64,000 nucleotides of DNA from Eledone cirrhosa (lineage: Eukaryota), in contig OZ024759.1 of NCBI GenBank assembly GCA_964016885.1, positions 22,692,001 to 22,756,000 of the forward strand, read 5' to 3'. The notes under the pieces were generated by a model, which worked only from the letters and a program-made list of their open reading frames with translations, was not told where the DNA came from and searched no databases. Position 1 is the first letter of the stretch; every line of letters begins with the position of its first letter. Of this stretch, positions 1 to 13,417 are shown piece after piece. The position numbers and the translations under genes are program-made.

Positions 1-174
1 GGAAAATTTATCGATTTCCGAGAATAAGAATAACTTTATTAATAATACAATGGAGTAGAAATGGACCTCCGTCGATTTCGACGATGAGTTTTGTCAGTTG
101 ATTAAATCAACGAGATGACAGCCTGTCATCGAAAATAACGTGTAAGTGGTAGAGCACTATACAGACACTAAAAG

Positions 175-645
175 TCTGTCTCTAGCCCGGAGGCTCATCA
201 AGTTGTGGTTATCCCAGTTTCCATGATGTTAAGAGCACAAGACTCCCCTTATACTTATAACACTGACACTTAAGAAAGTTAAAATAAGTTACTAATGTGG
301 AAAGAAAGGACCTTTCATAAACCATCTTCTGTTTATGGATGGCCTGAAACTATTTGGGAAGTCTGAAAAACCAGATAGATTCTTTAGTTAAAACAGTCTT
401 GGTATGTAGCAGTGAAATCGGTATATCATTTATGAGCACAGGACTCCCCTCTAGACATGACACCAGTCCATCGCAGGGTTAAACCCCCAACTATTGCTGG
501 TACTCATTTTCAGCTGAGTATACTGGAGCAACGTGAAATGAAGTGCTTTACTCAAGGACGCGATACACAACCGAGTCCAGGAATCGAACCCACGACATTA
601 TCATCATAAGTCCAACACCCTTACCACTAGGCTACGCGCCTCCAC
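175..645 (-). mobile_element. tRNA-derived SINE with CORE-like central domain, interrupted by an RT fragment
   Basis: Minus strand reads GTGGAGGCGCGTAGCCTAGTGGTAAGG (A box) ... GGTTCGATTCC (B box) ... GTCCTTGAGTAAAGCACTTCATTTCACGTTGCTCCAGT...CTCAGCTG. Related copies at 46635-46945 and 62830-63500. Confidence 0.7.
250..433 (+). pseudogene. Decayed non-LTR retrotransposon RT fragment (R4/Dong-like)
   Basis: Translates with one stop and one frameshift to LTLKKVKISY*CGKKGPFINHLLFMDGLKLFGKSEK/QIDSLVKTVLVCSSEIGISF, matching the HLL(F/Y)MDDLKL RT motif region. Confidence 0.7.
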
Positions 646-649
646 TATT

Positions 650-1080
650 ACACAAACACGTGTACTCTTAACTTAATTTTCAGGGAGATTTGACGTGAAC
701 TGCATTTCTGAAAATACGAATAAATTTATAATGACGTAGAATGGATCGGCGTCAGTCTCTACGCTGAGGTTTTCAGTTGATTAGATTAACGAGATGACAG
801 CCTTCTCGGGAACACAAGAGGTAAGTAACTGAGCATTACACAGACACGTGTACTCGTACCTAATTCTCAGGGATACTCAACGTGTGCTGAATTTCTGAGA
901 ATAGGAATAATTTTGTAATAAAATGGAACGGACTTCCGTCAGTTTAGAGGATGAGTCTGCCGGTTGATTAGATAGATGAATCAGTCTGCTCACGAAAATA
1001 ACAAGTGGCTTGGTATTGCACAATATTGTACCCTTTACCTAGTTCTCAGGGAGATTCAGTATGACGCTGTATGTGCAACA
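650..1080 (-). mobile_element. Old fragments of the 3' domain of the CORE-like SINE
   Basis: Degenerate CCGTCAGT...AGTTGATT...AAGTGG...GTTCTCAGGGAGATT blocks resemble 46640-46790. Confidence 0.5.
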
Positions 1081-1154
1081 GGAATTACATTAAACAGCGG
1101 AATGGAGTTTTGAATACAAACTGAACAGGTCGAACCGAGCCAGTTAATACAATT

Positions 1155-1810
1155 AATTGTTTCTACTTTTGGAACAAGGCCAGCAATTAACCCAGTACAT
1201 TACTGGTACTTTATTTTATCGACCCTATAAGGATGAAAGGCAAAGTTAACCTCAGCAGGATTTGACATCAGAACGTAAAGGGCTGTAACTCTATGCCGCA
1301 AAACATGATGCCCAACGCTCTACAGATTCTGCTAATCTACCACCCTTTAATAACTGTTTCTACTTTTGGCACAAGGCCAGCAATGATCCCAGTGTATTAC
1401 TGGTACTTTATTTTATCGACCCCATAAGAATGAAAGGCAAAGTTAACCAAGGCGTGATTTAAACTCAGACCGTAAAGGGCCATAACTCTATGCCACTAAA
1501 CATGATGTCCGACGCTTTATTGATTCAGCCAATCCACCACCTTTTAAATGTTTAATATATTGATTTCTAATTTAACACCTTCCATCATCATTTCATCATA
1601 TACAAACTTTGTTAAGTTCCAAACACCAGACATATAGTGATTTCTATTATAGGCACAAGGCCAGCAATTTGGGGAGAGGGGAAAGTTGATTAAATCGACC
1701 ATAGAGCATTACTGGTTCTGTATTTTATCGACCCCGTAAGGATAAAAGGCAAAGCTAACCCCAGCGGGATTTCAACTCAGAATTTAAAGTGCCATAACTC
1801 TATGCTGCAA
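1155..1810 (-). mobile_element. Three tandem copies of the dominant ~190-bp tRNA-derived SINE (Meta/MESC-like core)
   Basis: Shared core reads TTGCCTTTCATCCTTACGGGGTCGATAAAATAAAGTACCAGT on the element strand, with B box GAGTTCAAATCCC and tail GCTGGCCTTGTGCCAAAAGTAGAAACAATT. More than 25 copies or fragments in the window. Confidence 0.85.
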
Positions 1811-2184
1811 CATGAAGTCCTGCCATCCGATGGGCTTCCAAACAGGTTCCATCTATTCAATTTTACTAATAAGGCCTCGGTCAACGACACTCTTTTAAGA
1901 GGCTACAGTGCGGGATTGAACCCCCTTAACCATTCGACCTGGCTGCGTCCATCCAATTAGTTAAAACACCGCAGTAAATGTTACTCTAAAGTACTGCAGC
2001 AAAATCGTTAATGCAAGCCGACGAGGGGGTGGAAAATAAAGAAGAAACAATAAAAAAAACGCCATTTTGAAAGATATGTCACTACGAACACACCCAAATG
2101 TCTTCAGGATTTTCATTCGAAATAATTGCCACTCAGAACTTCCTGTCAACTGCAGAAAGTCTATTTAAAGAAGAGAGGCAAAAA

Positions 2185-3211
<1,027 letters not shown>

Positions 3212-3439
3212 AATAAAAATGAACGAGATTATTGTCATTGTTAAGTATCATTATTATTATATTATTATTTATCCTCAATATTGTTACTATTATGTCTACT
3301 GTTTCCCCCTATTTCTTGAATCGACCCCCCCGCCATTTTCCCTTTCTTCAGTGTAAACCTCCACCACGCTGTGTTGCGTAGTTTCATCTTTCTTTTGTTA
3401 AAGTCTTGCATTGTTGTGGCTAATAAAAGCTACATTATT

Positions 3440-3975
3440 ATTATTATTATTGGGTAGAGGGGAAAGTCGATTAAATCGACCCCAGTACGTTACTGGTACT
3501 TTGTTTTATCGACCCCTTAAGGATAAAAGGCAAAGTTAACCTCTTCAAATCCCACGGAGTCGATAAAATAAAGCACCAGTAATGTACTGGGGTCAATTTA
3601 ATCCACTATCCCCTCACCCTAAATTGCTGGCCTTGAGCCTATACTCGAAATCATTATTATTATTATTATTATTATTGTCAGAATCGGTAGAGAGTCAGAG
3701 AACAAGCTTTGCGGCATATAGTTACGTTTCTCTATGTTCTGAGTTTAAATCCCGTCGAGGATAGATTTGCTTTCCATCCTTACGGGATCAATAAAATAAA
3801 GTACCAGTAACGTACTGAGGTCGATTTAAGCGACCTTCCCGCCCCTCCACAAAAATTGCTGGCCTTGTGCCTAAATCAGAAATCATTATTATTATTATTG
3901 ACATTCTGAGATCAAATCCCGCCGAGGTTAACTTTGCCTTTCATCCTTACTGGCCTTGTGCCAAAAATAGAAACA

Positions 3976-3985
<10 letters not shown>
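3440..3985. mobile_element. Cluster of dominant SINE copies, one minus then three plus
   Basis: Same core and tail motifs, with (TTA)n tails. Confidence 0.8.
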
Positions 3986-4008
<23 letters not shown>

Positions 4009-4988
4009 GATTAACTATGTATTAGAGACAGTCTATTACGGAAATATATCAAATTCAGAGAAATTTAAATTCGTCTTTCATATTTTTTTCATTATTTAAA
4101 ATTTCCGTTTCTAAATCGTATTTAATGATTAGATCTTATCTGCCGTGCATATGCTACACTGCGTATTTCACACATTCAAATTTCTGTGCACTTGATGTCA
4201 ATCAAACTCCGGTTGGGTGTATTTTCATATCTCTGGAGATAGTAACTAGCCTCAGATTTATTCAAATACTAACGTATTCTTTCCTCTTATAAAACTGTTT
4301 TATCTGCGCATTTCTAAATCTTTTTCTAATTGCACCCTGGTGAAACATTATGACACAAAAAAAACTTTAGTAAATCTCAGCTGTCTCGCTCTCAGAATAG
4401 TTATGTTGCTTACGTAGAGCATATATATGCACCCATCTGCGAAACAGTCGTAACTGTATATAATCAATAACGACATTCATTTGAAAGTCCAGATTTGTTT
4501 TCAATATATACACTCTGCCCTAGAATAGAGTGCTGATTTTGATACCTTCCTCAGTAAACCATGTATCTACTGAACCAACAATATATATAGAACTTATGTT
4601 TACCGAATTCGCAGACCAGACCCCTTCTTCCCCCCGTTAGACCTTGGCGAAATTCCTTCCTTGCTCACATTTCAACCAGGTTTGATGGTCTTTATTCTCT
4701 CGCTCACGATTTCACCGAATTTAAATTCATAGAAATCTGGGACTTGTTTCCTCCTTCCTCACTTTCTGTTGCCTCACCATTTTGTTTGTTTACCCTCGCG
4801 TCTCCTTTATTTACGTGTCCCAACGACTTTTTTTAGCCGTTGCTCGCACCAACCGGAGGTATATGGTCTTTAAAGCGATGAAATGCCTATGATGGTTGGA
4901 AGATCACTGATGAAGGACAAACTTTTTTCATATGTAACCCATTTGCAATTCCGCAGCGCCCTTATTATCATATTTACATATATATATA

Positions 4989-5023
<35 letters not shown>

Positions 5024-5026
<3 letters not shown>

Positions 5027-5341
5027 ATTAATCAACATACACTGAGAATGAAAAACTCAGAGCTGTATGGGAGCCTCCCAAAAGTCAGCTCAAAAGTGAC
5101 ACAGAGGAGACTGAGGTTAGCTGGACATGCTCACCGACATCCAGAGTTGACATTGCACTCAGTGCTCCTGTGGGAGCCCCTACATGGACACACTGGAAGA
5201 GGAAGACCAAGCTTAACGTATGTTGATGCCCTAAGATCAGACTCTGGTCTGTTGGAGACGCAGGACATGGCAGCGATAATGAGCGACAGAAACCGCTGGA
5301 GAGAACTCGTCCATGGATCTCGGGAATTTTACCCGCCCTAG
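5024..5341 (+). mobile_element. 3' end of an RTE/RTE-X-clade LINE ORF (5'-truncated)
   Basis: Open frame NSELYGSLPKVSSKVTQRRLRLAGHAHRHPE...LLWEPLHGHTGRGRPSLTYVDALRSDSG...MSDRNRWRELV, typical of the RTE C-terminus. Confidence 0.85.
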
Positions 5342-5350
5342 ATATATATA

Positions 5351-5549
5351 AAACAAAGAAGGTGTGGTAAGATACCAGGTGGGCCATAACACATCAGAGT
5401 ACTCGATACTTAGGGTAGTAGAGTGATTAATAGAAAAAGAGTCAGGACCCTGGCGGCTGAGCTCCGGCCGTTTCGACAGCTAGATCCAAACTCAGTTCGG
5501 ATCTAGCTGCCGTAACGGCCGGAACTCAGCCGTCGAGGTCCTGATTCTT

Positions 5550-5550
<1 letters not shown>
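5351..5550 (-). mobile_element. Fold-back half-hammerhead element, subfamily B
   Basis: Inverted arms ~5436-5491 and 5495-5550 plus an ~85-bp tail; both ends lie in TA runs. Confidence 0.75.
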
Positions 5551-5580
<30 letters not shown>

Positions 5581-5748
5581 CATATACATATTTATATATA
5601 TATAAATATATATATATATACATATTTATATATATATATATACATATTTATATATATATAAATATATATATATACATATTTATATATATATAAATATATA
5701 TATATATACATATTTATATATATATAAATATATATATATATACATATT

Positions 5749-5780
<32 letters not shown>

Positions 5781-6246
5781 CATATTTATATATATATAAA
5801 TATATATATATATATACATATTTATATATATATAAATATATATATATACATATTTATATATATATAAATATATATATATACATATTTATATATATATAAA
5901 TATATATATATATATACATATTTATATATATATATAAATATATATACATATTTATATATATATAAATATATATATATATACATATTTATATATATATATA
6001 AATATATATACATATTTATATATATATAAATATATATATATATACATATTTATATATATATATAAATATATATACATATTTATATATATATAAATATATA
6101 TATATATACATATTTATATATATATATAAATATATAAATATATATATAAATATATATATATAAATATATATATAAATATAAATATATATATATATAAATA
6201 TATATATATAAATATAAATATATATATATATAAATATATATATATA

Positions 6247-6304
<58 letters not shown>

Positions 6305-6313
6305 TAAATATAT

Positions 6314-6369
<56 letters not shown>

Positions 6370-6900
6370 TTCTAAACGTTTCCGAAGAGATAGATCAAGG
6401 AAAAGGCGCGCTTTATGTAATGCACAAAGCCTAAATACATTATATGAAGATCTCAAATTCTTTTGTGTTGAGATATTATTCATATATATATATATATATA
6501 TAACAGTATATATATATATGTATATACATATACATTATATATATATATATACACATGTACATTATATATATATATATATATATATACATATACATTATAT
6601 ATATATATATATATATACATATACATTATATATATATATATATACATATACATTATATATATATATATATACATATACATTATATATATATATATATACA
6701 TATACATTATATATATATATACATATACATTATATATATAATGCATATATATATAAATATACATATATATACACACATATATATATACACACACACACTT
6801 TATATATATATATACGTGTGTATATATACATATAACAGTATATATATATATATATATATATGTATATACATATACATTATATATATATATACACATGTAC

Positions 6901-6949
<49 letters not shown>

Positions 6950-7060
6950 CATTATATATATATATATTATATACATTATATATATGTATATATATATAAA
7001 TATACATATATATACACACACATATATATACACACACACACACTTTATATATATATATAC
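5551..7060. repeat. Compound (TA)n microsatellite/minisatellite block
   Basis: Read directly; one short unique island at ~6370-6480. Confidence 0.95.
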
Positions 7061-7533
7061 GTGTGTGCGCGTGTGTGTGTTGTTGTTGTTGGTGGCGGCT
7101 CAGAGAAAAAGTTACCCAATACCGATTTATTCATGTTAACATAATATTTATTTTATTAAGACAAGTCTTGTTGGTACCCGTTTATAAACATTTCATATAG
7201 TATCTCTTCATATTCTTCGAATTTGGTTAAACTGTACTCGTTTTCGTAAATCCTCATGTTATGCAGCTGTTATATGTAGTAGGGCTTGTGTAAATAATTA
7301 CTAATTAATTCTTTTGGATTAACTTACTTGTTGTTTACATACGTATGTACCATTATCACCTGTATAGAAACGTATGTAGTAATTAAAGAGTCGATTTCAG
7401 TTATTAGCCTTGTTCTTTTTTTTCCCTTATATACACACATATATATACATATATATATATATACATACATATTCATATAAATACATATAAAATGTTTTTT
7501 AATTAAACATACGATATATTGCCAAATGCATAC

Positions 7534-7585
<52 letters not shown>

Positions 7586-7624
7586 GTATCTATACATATA
7601 TATATAATGTATATATATATATAT

Positions 7625-7704
<80 letters not shown>

Positions 7705-7874
7705 TATATATATATACATTATATTTAGTTAACTACTTTTCCCATCTTGACGTTATAGTCGCATATATGTTATAGAATGCCGTTAGCTTCTTGCTAAAAC
7801 AATCTCTATACCTCTCATTTATATATATGTATAGATACGTATATATGTATAGATACGTATATATGTATAGATAC

Positions 7875-7926
<52 letters not shown>

Positions 7927-8353
7927 TTATATATGTATATAAATGTAAGCACACGGAATAAATTACCTTTTTATGATGTCTACCTGTTATTATTCATTCT
8001 TTATATATATATACACATATATATATGTATATATATATACATTATATATATGTATAGATACGTATATATATATATATATACATATGTATATGAATCTATA
8101 CATAGTATATTTGGCAATATAGCGTATGTTTAATTAAAAACATTTTGAAAACCTTACGCTAGCATTTTAAAGTAGTGACTATGTCACTTACTTCTTTTCG
8201 GCGAAAAAAGGCAGACAAGCTAACAGTCTGTTTCATGCTGTTTGGCAATCATCAGAGCCACGTATTCCCCTCTTCCGCCGAAAATTACAGAAGCTGGATT
8301 CTTATAGAATTCCAGTATTACTCAGTAGCTGATTATACAGAGCGATTGCCGGT

Positions 8354-8387
<34 letters not shown>

Positions 8388-8397
<10 letters not shown>

Positions 8398-8750
8398 AGA
8401 TCAAAAGATGGTTAAAGGAGTTCCATGTATTTTATTATGCGCATTTCAAAAACAAACATCATCATGCAATAATATTTGTGTTTTCATCAGATAATGTTGA
8501 TTTAAAACTGAACTATCCACAACTGTTTTTCAGCCTTCATATCATGTCCTCCTGTTTTATCTGATGAAAACACAAATATTATTGCATGATGATGTTTGTT
8601 TTTGAAATGCGCATAATAAAATACATGGAACTCCTTTAACCATCTTTTGATCTTATATATTATGTATACTCCAGTCCTACAAACTGTAGAGTGCTTCTTA
8701 TCCGATATCTGCATTGCTTTATTGTACTACAATAAAACTCACCTCCTACA
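8388..8750 (+). mobile_element. PLE-like mini-element: perfect 107-bp inverted repeat with an HHR in each arm, plus a 3' tail
   Basis: 8388-8494 is the exact reverse complement of 8557-8663; both ends run into (TA)n. Confidence 0.8.
8555..8621 (+). ncRNA. Type I hammerhead ribozyme
   Basis: TTTTAT-CTGATGA-[long stem II]-GAAA-TGCGCA-TA^-ATAAAA; palindromic stem III; mirror copy at 8432-8494 (-). Confidence 0.8.
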
Positions 8751-8849
8751 TATATATATATATATATATATATACATACACACATACATGTATACATAAA
8801 CACACACACATACATATATACATACATACACACACACACACACACATAC

Positions 8850-8890
<41 letters not shown>

Positions 8891-9299
8891 CGTGCGTGTG
8901 TATGTGTGTGTGTCATATCTTAGAAAACTGTGTAAAACAACCCTATAGACGGGGGAAATGTGGCAGTTACAACTACGGAGAATTAAACCCCGTATCTATC
9001 GAATACAGTGTTAGTGCGTTGCCCTTACTCTAAGAAGTTACTGAGCCGTGTTTCCATATAGGTTCTACTAAACAACTTGTGGTCAGAGCCTAGCTGGAAA
9101 TAAACAATCCATTAAGAATTATTTAAACGCTGGGTAACTTGACACTCTGGGTAACTTGAAAATGAATTACCTAATCTCTCTCTCTCTCTCTCTCTCTTGT
9201 AAATATCGAAACAATGAGCGGAGACCACAGAATACCACGTTGTTGGAATGTGCTAAATATAACAACGCACAAAATCAGAGACGAGCTTAAATACTAAGG

Positions 9300-9390
9300 C
9301 ATATCTGAGGATCTTTTTGATTCCAGAGTCAGCTTCGATAAATAATAGATAGTTCCTCGAGCTGATCGACAGTGAAACATATGTAATATG
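9300..9390 (+). ncRNA. Type I hammerhead motif with long, partly decayed stem II
   Basis: CATAT-CTGAGGA-...TCAGCTTCGA...TCGAGCTGA...-GAAA-CATATG-TA^-ATATG. Confidence 0.65.
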
Positions 9391-9474
9391 TTATGATGCA
9401 ACACTGATTCTTTGTTCCTTTATTCTTATACTGTTATACTCTGCTCAGCGCGAGCATCGAGTGTTCACGGCATT

Positions 9475-9677
9475 AATGGACTTCTTATTTTTAACTAAAG
9501 ACATATTTTCCAATTCCAACCCGCCCGTCCCCTCAATCTATCTTATTTCTCATTCTTTCTTCTGATGAAGGACTAGCGTCCGAAACGTTAGGACCATCTT
9601 CCTGCTATATCAAGCGTTAACTTAATATATCCCTTCCATATACTGTACCGATTGTGTTGTTATTTCTGTTTACCTTT

Positions 9678-9681
<4 letters not shown>
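9475..9681 (+). mobile_element. PLE pseudo-LTR-like element with a minimal HHR (9558-9593)
   Basis: CTGATGA-A-GGAC-TAGC-GTCC-GAAA-CG-TTA; highly similar copy at 12514-12720; ends in (TA)n. Confidence 0.75.
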
Positions 9682-9710
<29 letters not shown>

Positions 9711-9714
<4 letters not shown>

Positions 9715-9920
9715 CGAAGGAAATGTGGTAAGGAGCCAGGTGGACCATAACGCATCAACAAAGTACTCAATACTTAGGGTAGTAGAGTGAGTAATAGGAA
9801 CGAGTAGGACCCCGACGGCTGAGCTCAAGCCGTTTCGACGGGTAATTCTGGACTCAAATGTCCAGAATTAGCCGTCAAAACGGCTTGAGCTCAGCCGTCG
9901 GGGTCCTACTCGTTTTCTAT
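9711..9920 (-). mobile_element. Fold-back half-hammerhead element, subfamily A
   Basis: Arms 9794-9853 and 9860-9920, 6-nt loop, ~80-bp tail, TA runs at both ends. Confidence 0.8.
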
Positions 9921-10107
9921 ATATATAAAGTTTATAAAGTTTTGATAGGTTTCTGCCAGTATTGGCCCAGGCCATGTCTAACTTAATAGCACCACCTGGT
10001 GCTATATATATATACATAGTAATAATAGTAATAATAATAAATTTGAAGACTAAAATCCAAAGAGGGCTCCATAAAGATAAATATATATCTCTGTTATTTT
10101 AATAAAT

Positions 10108-10141
<34 letters not shown>

Positions 10142-10439
10142 GCACATACATATATACCCGTGCCGCTACTGCCATTATCATTGTCGGCATGGGTACACTA
10201 GCTATAGAATAATTTGATTAAAATTTCCCACACTGCGCTAAACAATGGGCGCCATTTTGTAACTGTTGATGGGTTTATATCAATTAAACATCCTCGAATT
10301 TCACGACGGATTTCCCTTTGATGCTAATTAGCTCAAAGCAACAATACTAAATATTGGACTGCCTCAGTCGATTCGTTGTCTTCATCGCTGTCGTCATGGT
10401 TACCAACTTTCTCAATGACATATTTATCGTCGCCGCCGC

Positions 10440-10532
10440 CGACATCATCATCATCATTATCATCATCATCAAGAACATTCATATCATCGTCATCATTATT
10501 ATCACTGTCATCATCATCATCATCATCATCTA
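10440..10532. repeat. (ATC)n microsatellite
   Basis: Read directly from the sequence. Confidence 0.9.
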
Positions 10533-10693
10533 CATTAATAGCCTTATCATTACCCTTGCCTTCATCACTCCTCCTCATCATGTAAGTTTCTTGAGTGAGG
10601 TAATGACAGCTCTCCAGTCCTAACTTGTCAAAACAACTCACAGCAAAGCGAGCGATATATTTTTATATAAAATGCCTCCTATACACACACACA

Positions 10694-10740
<47 letters not shown>

Positions 10741-10741
10741 A

Positions 10742-10895
10742 AAAGGTAAACAGAACTAACAAAGCAAACGTCAGAGTACAATGATGAAATATATTAGTTT
10801 AACGCTTAATATAGTAGGAGTAGGAAAAGAGCCTTAACGTTTCTGAAAATAGTCCTTCATCAGAAGAGGTAGAATGAGAAATAAAAGATGACATA
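10742..10895 (-). mobile_element. Diverged copy of the 9475/12514 HHR element
   Basis: Minus strand CTTCTGATGAAGGACTATTTTCAGAAACGTTAAGG; same terminus TTCTGTTTACCTTTTAC. Confidence 0.65.
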
Positions 10896-11085
10896 GAAAG
10901 ATAAAGAGTGAGAAGAGGAAGGAACGAAAAAAAAAACGAGAATCCCCCCCCCCCCCACTAAACAACAACAACAACAACAACAACACATTGTACGTGTTCA
11001 GTCAGCCATTTTGAATATATATATACACGCACTCTACTTTATCAAGGTCTTACTAGTCTAAAGTAGTAACTCTATATTATATATA

Positions 11086-11188
11086 TAACGAAGGAAATGT
11101 GGTAAGGAACCAGGTGGACCATAAGGATCCAAAAATAGCCGTCGAAACGGCTCGAGCTCTGCCGTCGGGGTCTTGAACATTTTTCTAT
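11086..11188 (-). mobile_element. Internally deleted fold-back element (subfamily A)
   Basis: Tail AACGAAGGAAATGTGGTAAGGAACCAGGTGGACCATAA is joined directly to the short arm TAGCCGTCGAAACGGCTCGAGCTCTGCCGTCGGGGTC. Confidence 0.75.
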
Positions 11189-11412
11189 ATATATATATAT
11201 ATATTTTAACTCGGCGGGATTTGAACTCAAACACTGTAGAGAGCTGGAATAAATTCTGCGAAGCATTCTATCCGACGTTCTAACAAGCCTGTCAATTCAC
11301 CTGTGTGGGTGTGTGTGTTTGCGCGTGCGTGTGTGCGTGCGTGCATGTGTGTGTATAGAGAGATGATGTATATATATTATCAAATAATTCTCTGGACATG
11401 CTTTACTCTATA

Positions 11413-11476
<64 letters not shown>

Positions 11477-11568
11477 GGTATATATTGAGTTAGGAACTAA
11501 AAATAGTCTTTCACAACAAAATAGCTCCAAGAAAGAGATATTGTGTATATATATATATATATATATAC

Positions 11569-11710
11569 CTTCTTCGCACAGTTACTCCTAAAAGGGTTGT
11601 GGGGGCAGAGCCATCAAACTCTCCTTCCAGAGCTCCTGTCAGAATCAACCGTCTCCAACTTATCCGGCTTGATCCTCAAACGAGACGACCAACCGAGCTC
11701 ATGGATGTCA
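11569..11710 (-). mobile_element. LINE (RTE-like) 3' end fragment
   Basis: Aligns by eye to 29390-29490 (TTCTGACAGGA..CTGGAAGGAG.GTTTGA); ends in GAAGAAG. Confidence 0.55.
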
Positions 11711-11755
11711 CACACAGACACAGACTCACACATACACACACACACACACGCACAA

Positions 11756-11787
<32 letters not shown>

Positions 11788-12134
11788 TTTTCTCTCGATT
11801 GTTTTTTTAAAAACCCAGTTCAACGGCCTATGGGACATTGTTCAAGAACCAGTACGATCAGCCTATCCCAGTTTCTCATATCAACGATATATTTGTTGAA
11901 GAAGATTAGTAAAGATTCTCGGCAGGATAAATTTGGCAGTAACGAACAGCTATTGATACAACGAGCAGTTATTGTTGACAGCGAAGTTAGGAACAAAATC
12001 CCGCTGTCATGGATTAATAAAGAAACTTTCCTTTAACGGCAATAACGTTAAAATGACACAAGGTAAAGACAATATATGAAAACGAAACAAAATTAGACAT
12101 CTTCCGACGAATATTTCGTGAATGTACGTGTCTG

Positions 12135-12460
12135 AGTAAATAAGGTGCTGGTCTCCCGATCTTACAGTTGTCAGTTCGATTCCCTGACTTGGTGGCGTCT
12201 AGTGTTTAGTTCACGAAATTTATAAAATAAAAATTAGTTGCAGCGACACTGGTGTCAAGTTGTATCGATCTTTCATTTACCCATGGACAACAGTATGTAT
12301 ATAGAATATATAGTGTATATATACTATATATATCAGCCTTTGCTTTCCCCTTGGACATCATCATATATATAGCATATATAGTATTCATAGTGTACATGTA
12401 TATGTGATGCGATGGCATTAGTACCAAGCTATATCATTCATTGCTTTTCCCTTGGACAAA
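12135..12460 (+). mobile_element. Fragments of a third tRNA-derived SINE family
   Basis: B box GTTCGATTCC at ~12174. Block CACTGGTG.CAAG.TGTATC...TTTCCCTTGGACA recurs at 13415-13720, 29115-29280 and 30880-30940. Confidence 0.55.
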
Positions 12461-12465
12461 ATCAG

Positions 12466-12498
<33 letters not shown>

Positions 12499-12513
12499 AG
12501 AGATGTCAACATG

Positions 12514-12720
12514 AATGGACCTGTTATTTTTATCTAAAGACATTTTTTTCCAATTCACCCCGCCCGTCCCTTCAATCTATCTTATTTCTCATTCTTTCTT
12601 CTGATGAAGGACTAGCGTCCGAAACGTTAAGACCCTCTTTCTGCTATTTCAAGCGTTAACCTAATATATCCCTTCCATATACTGTACCGATTGTGTTGTT
12701 ATTTCTGTTTACCTTCTACA
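12514..12720 (+). mobile_element. PLE pseudo-LTR-like element with a minimal HHR (12597-12632)
   Basis: CTGATGAAGGACTAGCGTCCGAAACGTTAAGA; copy of 9475-9681. Confidence 0.75.
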
Positions 12721-12747
12721 TATATACGTATATATATATATGTATAT

Positions 12748-12784
<37 letters not shown>

Positions 12785-13260
12785 GTAATAATATCCATTT
12801 TATCACCATATATCTCTCTACCATATAGCACGCCATTTTTAAAATTTAAACATTTCTAATACTTGTAACATGCTTTTACATTCTACATGAAATATGCTTG
12901 TTTCAGTTATAATATAACTCTTACCTCATAGATGCCTTTATTAATTGTATTGACTCTTGCATTATATACCCTTAACATTACCTGATTTCCAATGCTATGA
13001 TATCTTCTATCTATCCTATCTTACATTTTATTTTTTGCTTGTACCTTTTGCACATGTATTACCTTAAACAATACCTTTATACATAATATGCTTATTTTTC
13101 ACTTTTCACCATTGCTCCTTGTAATTGTGTTTTCTGAAGCATAACATTCTTTTTTAACTCTCGATTTTCTATATGATGTCTATGACACTGACAACAGTTA
13201 TATATCTACCTAAATGTTCTGAAGACTAGGATTTTAATAACTTATTTAAACGCTCCCTAT

Positions 13261-13308
13261 GCTCCGATGATTCCAGACAGAAATCATCTAGAAGAAACAA
13301 TTGTCAGC
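13261..13308 (+). ncRNA. Hammerhead motif with variant core CCGAUGA
   Basis: GCT-CCGATGA-TTCCAGA...TCTAGAA-GAAA-CAATTG-TC^-AGC, then AATAAA. Confidence 0.65.
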
Positions 13309-13349
13309 AAATAAATGTATTAAACTAAGATTTGATTGTTTTAATATTT

Positions 13350-13417
<68 letters not shown>

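Noticed and set aside
560-645. tRNA-like sequences in SINE heads (also 46880-46945, 63410-63450)
   Set aside because: A and B boxes are present but there is no intact cloverleaf, and each continues into a SINE body.
4100-4980. Possible decayed PLE ORF ending in CACTGATGAAGGAC (~4906)
   Set aside because: No GAAA or stem III follows, and I could not recover convincing protein motifs by eye.
7490-8146. ~38-bp inverted match (7490-7527 versus 8109-8146)
   Set aside because: Real but short and AT-rich, with no TSD or ribozyme core to classify it.
10333-10641. Asp-rich ORF
   Set aside because: Explained by the (GAT)n microsatellite; no domain or exon evidence.
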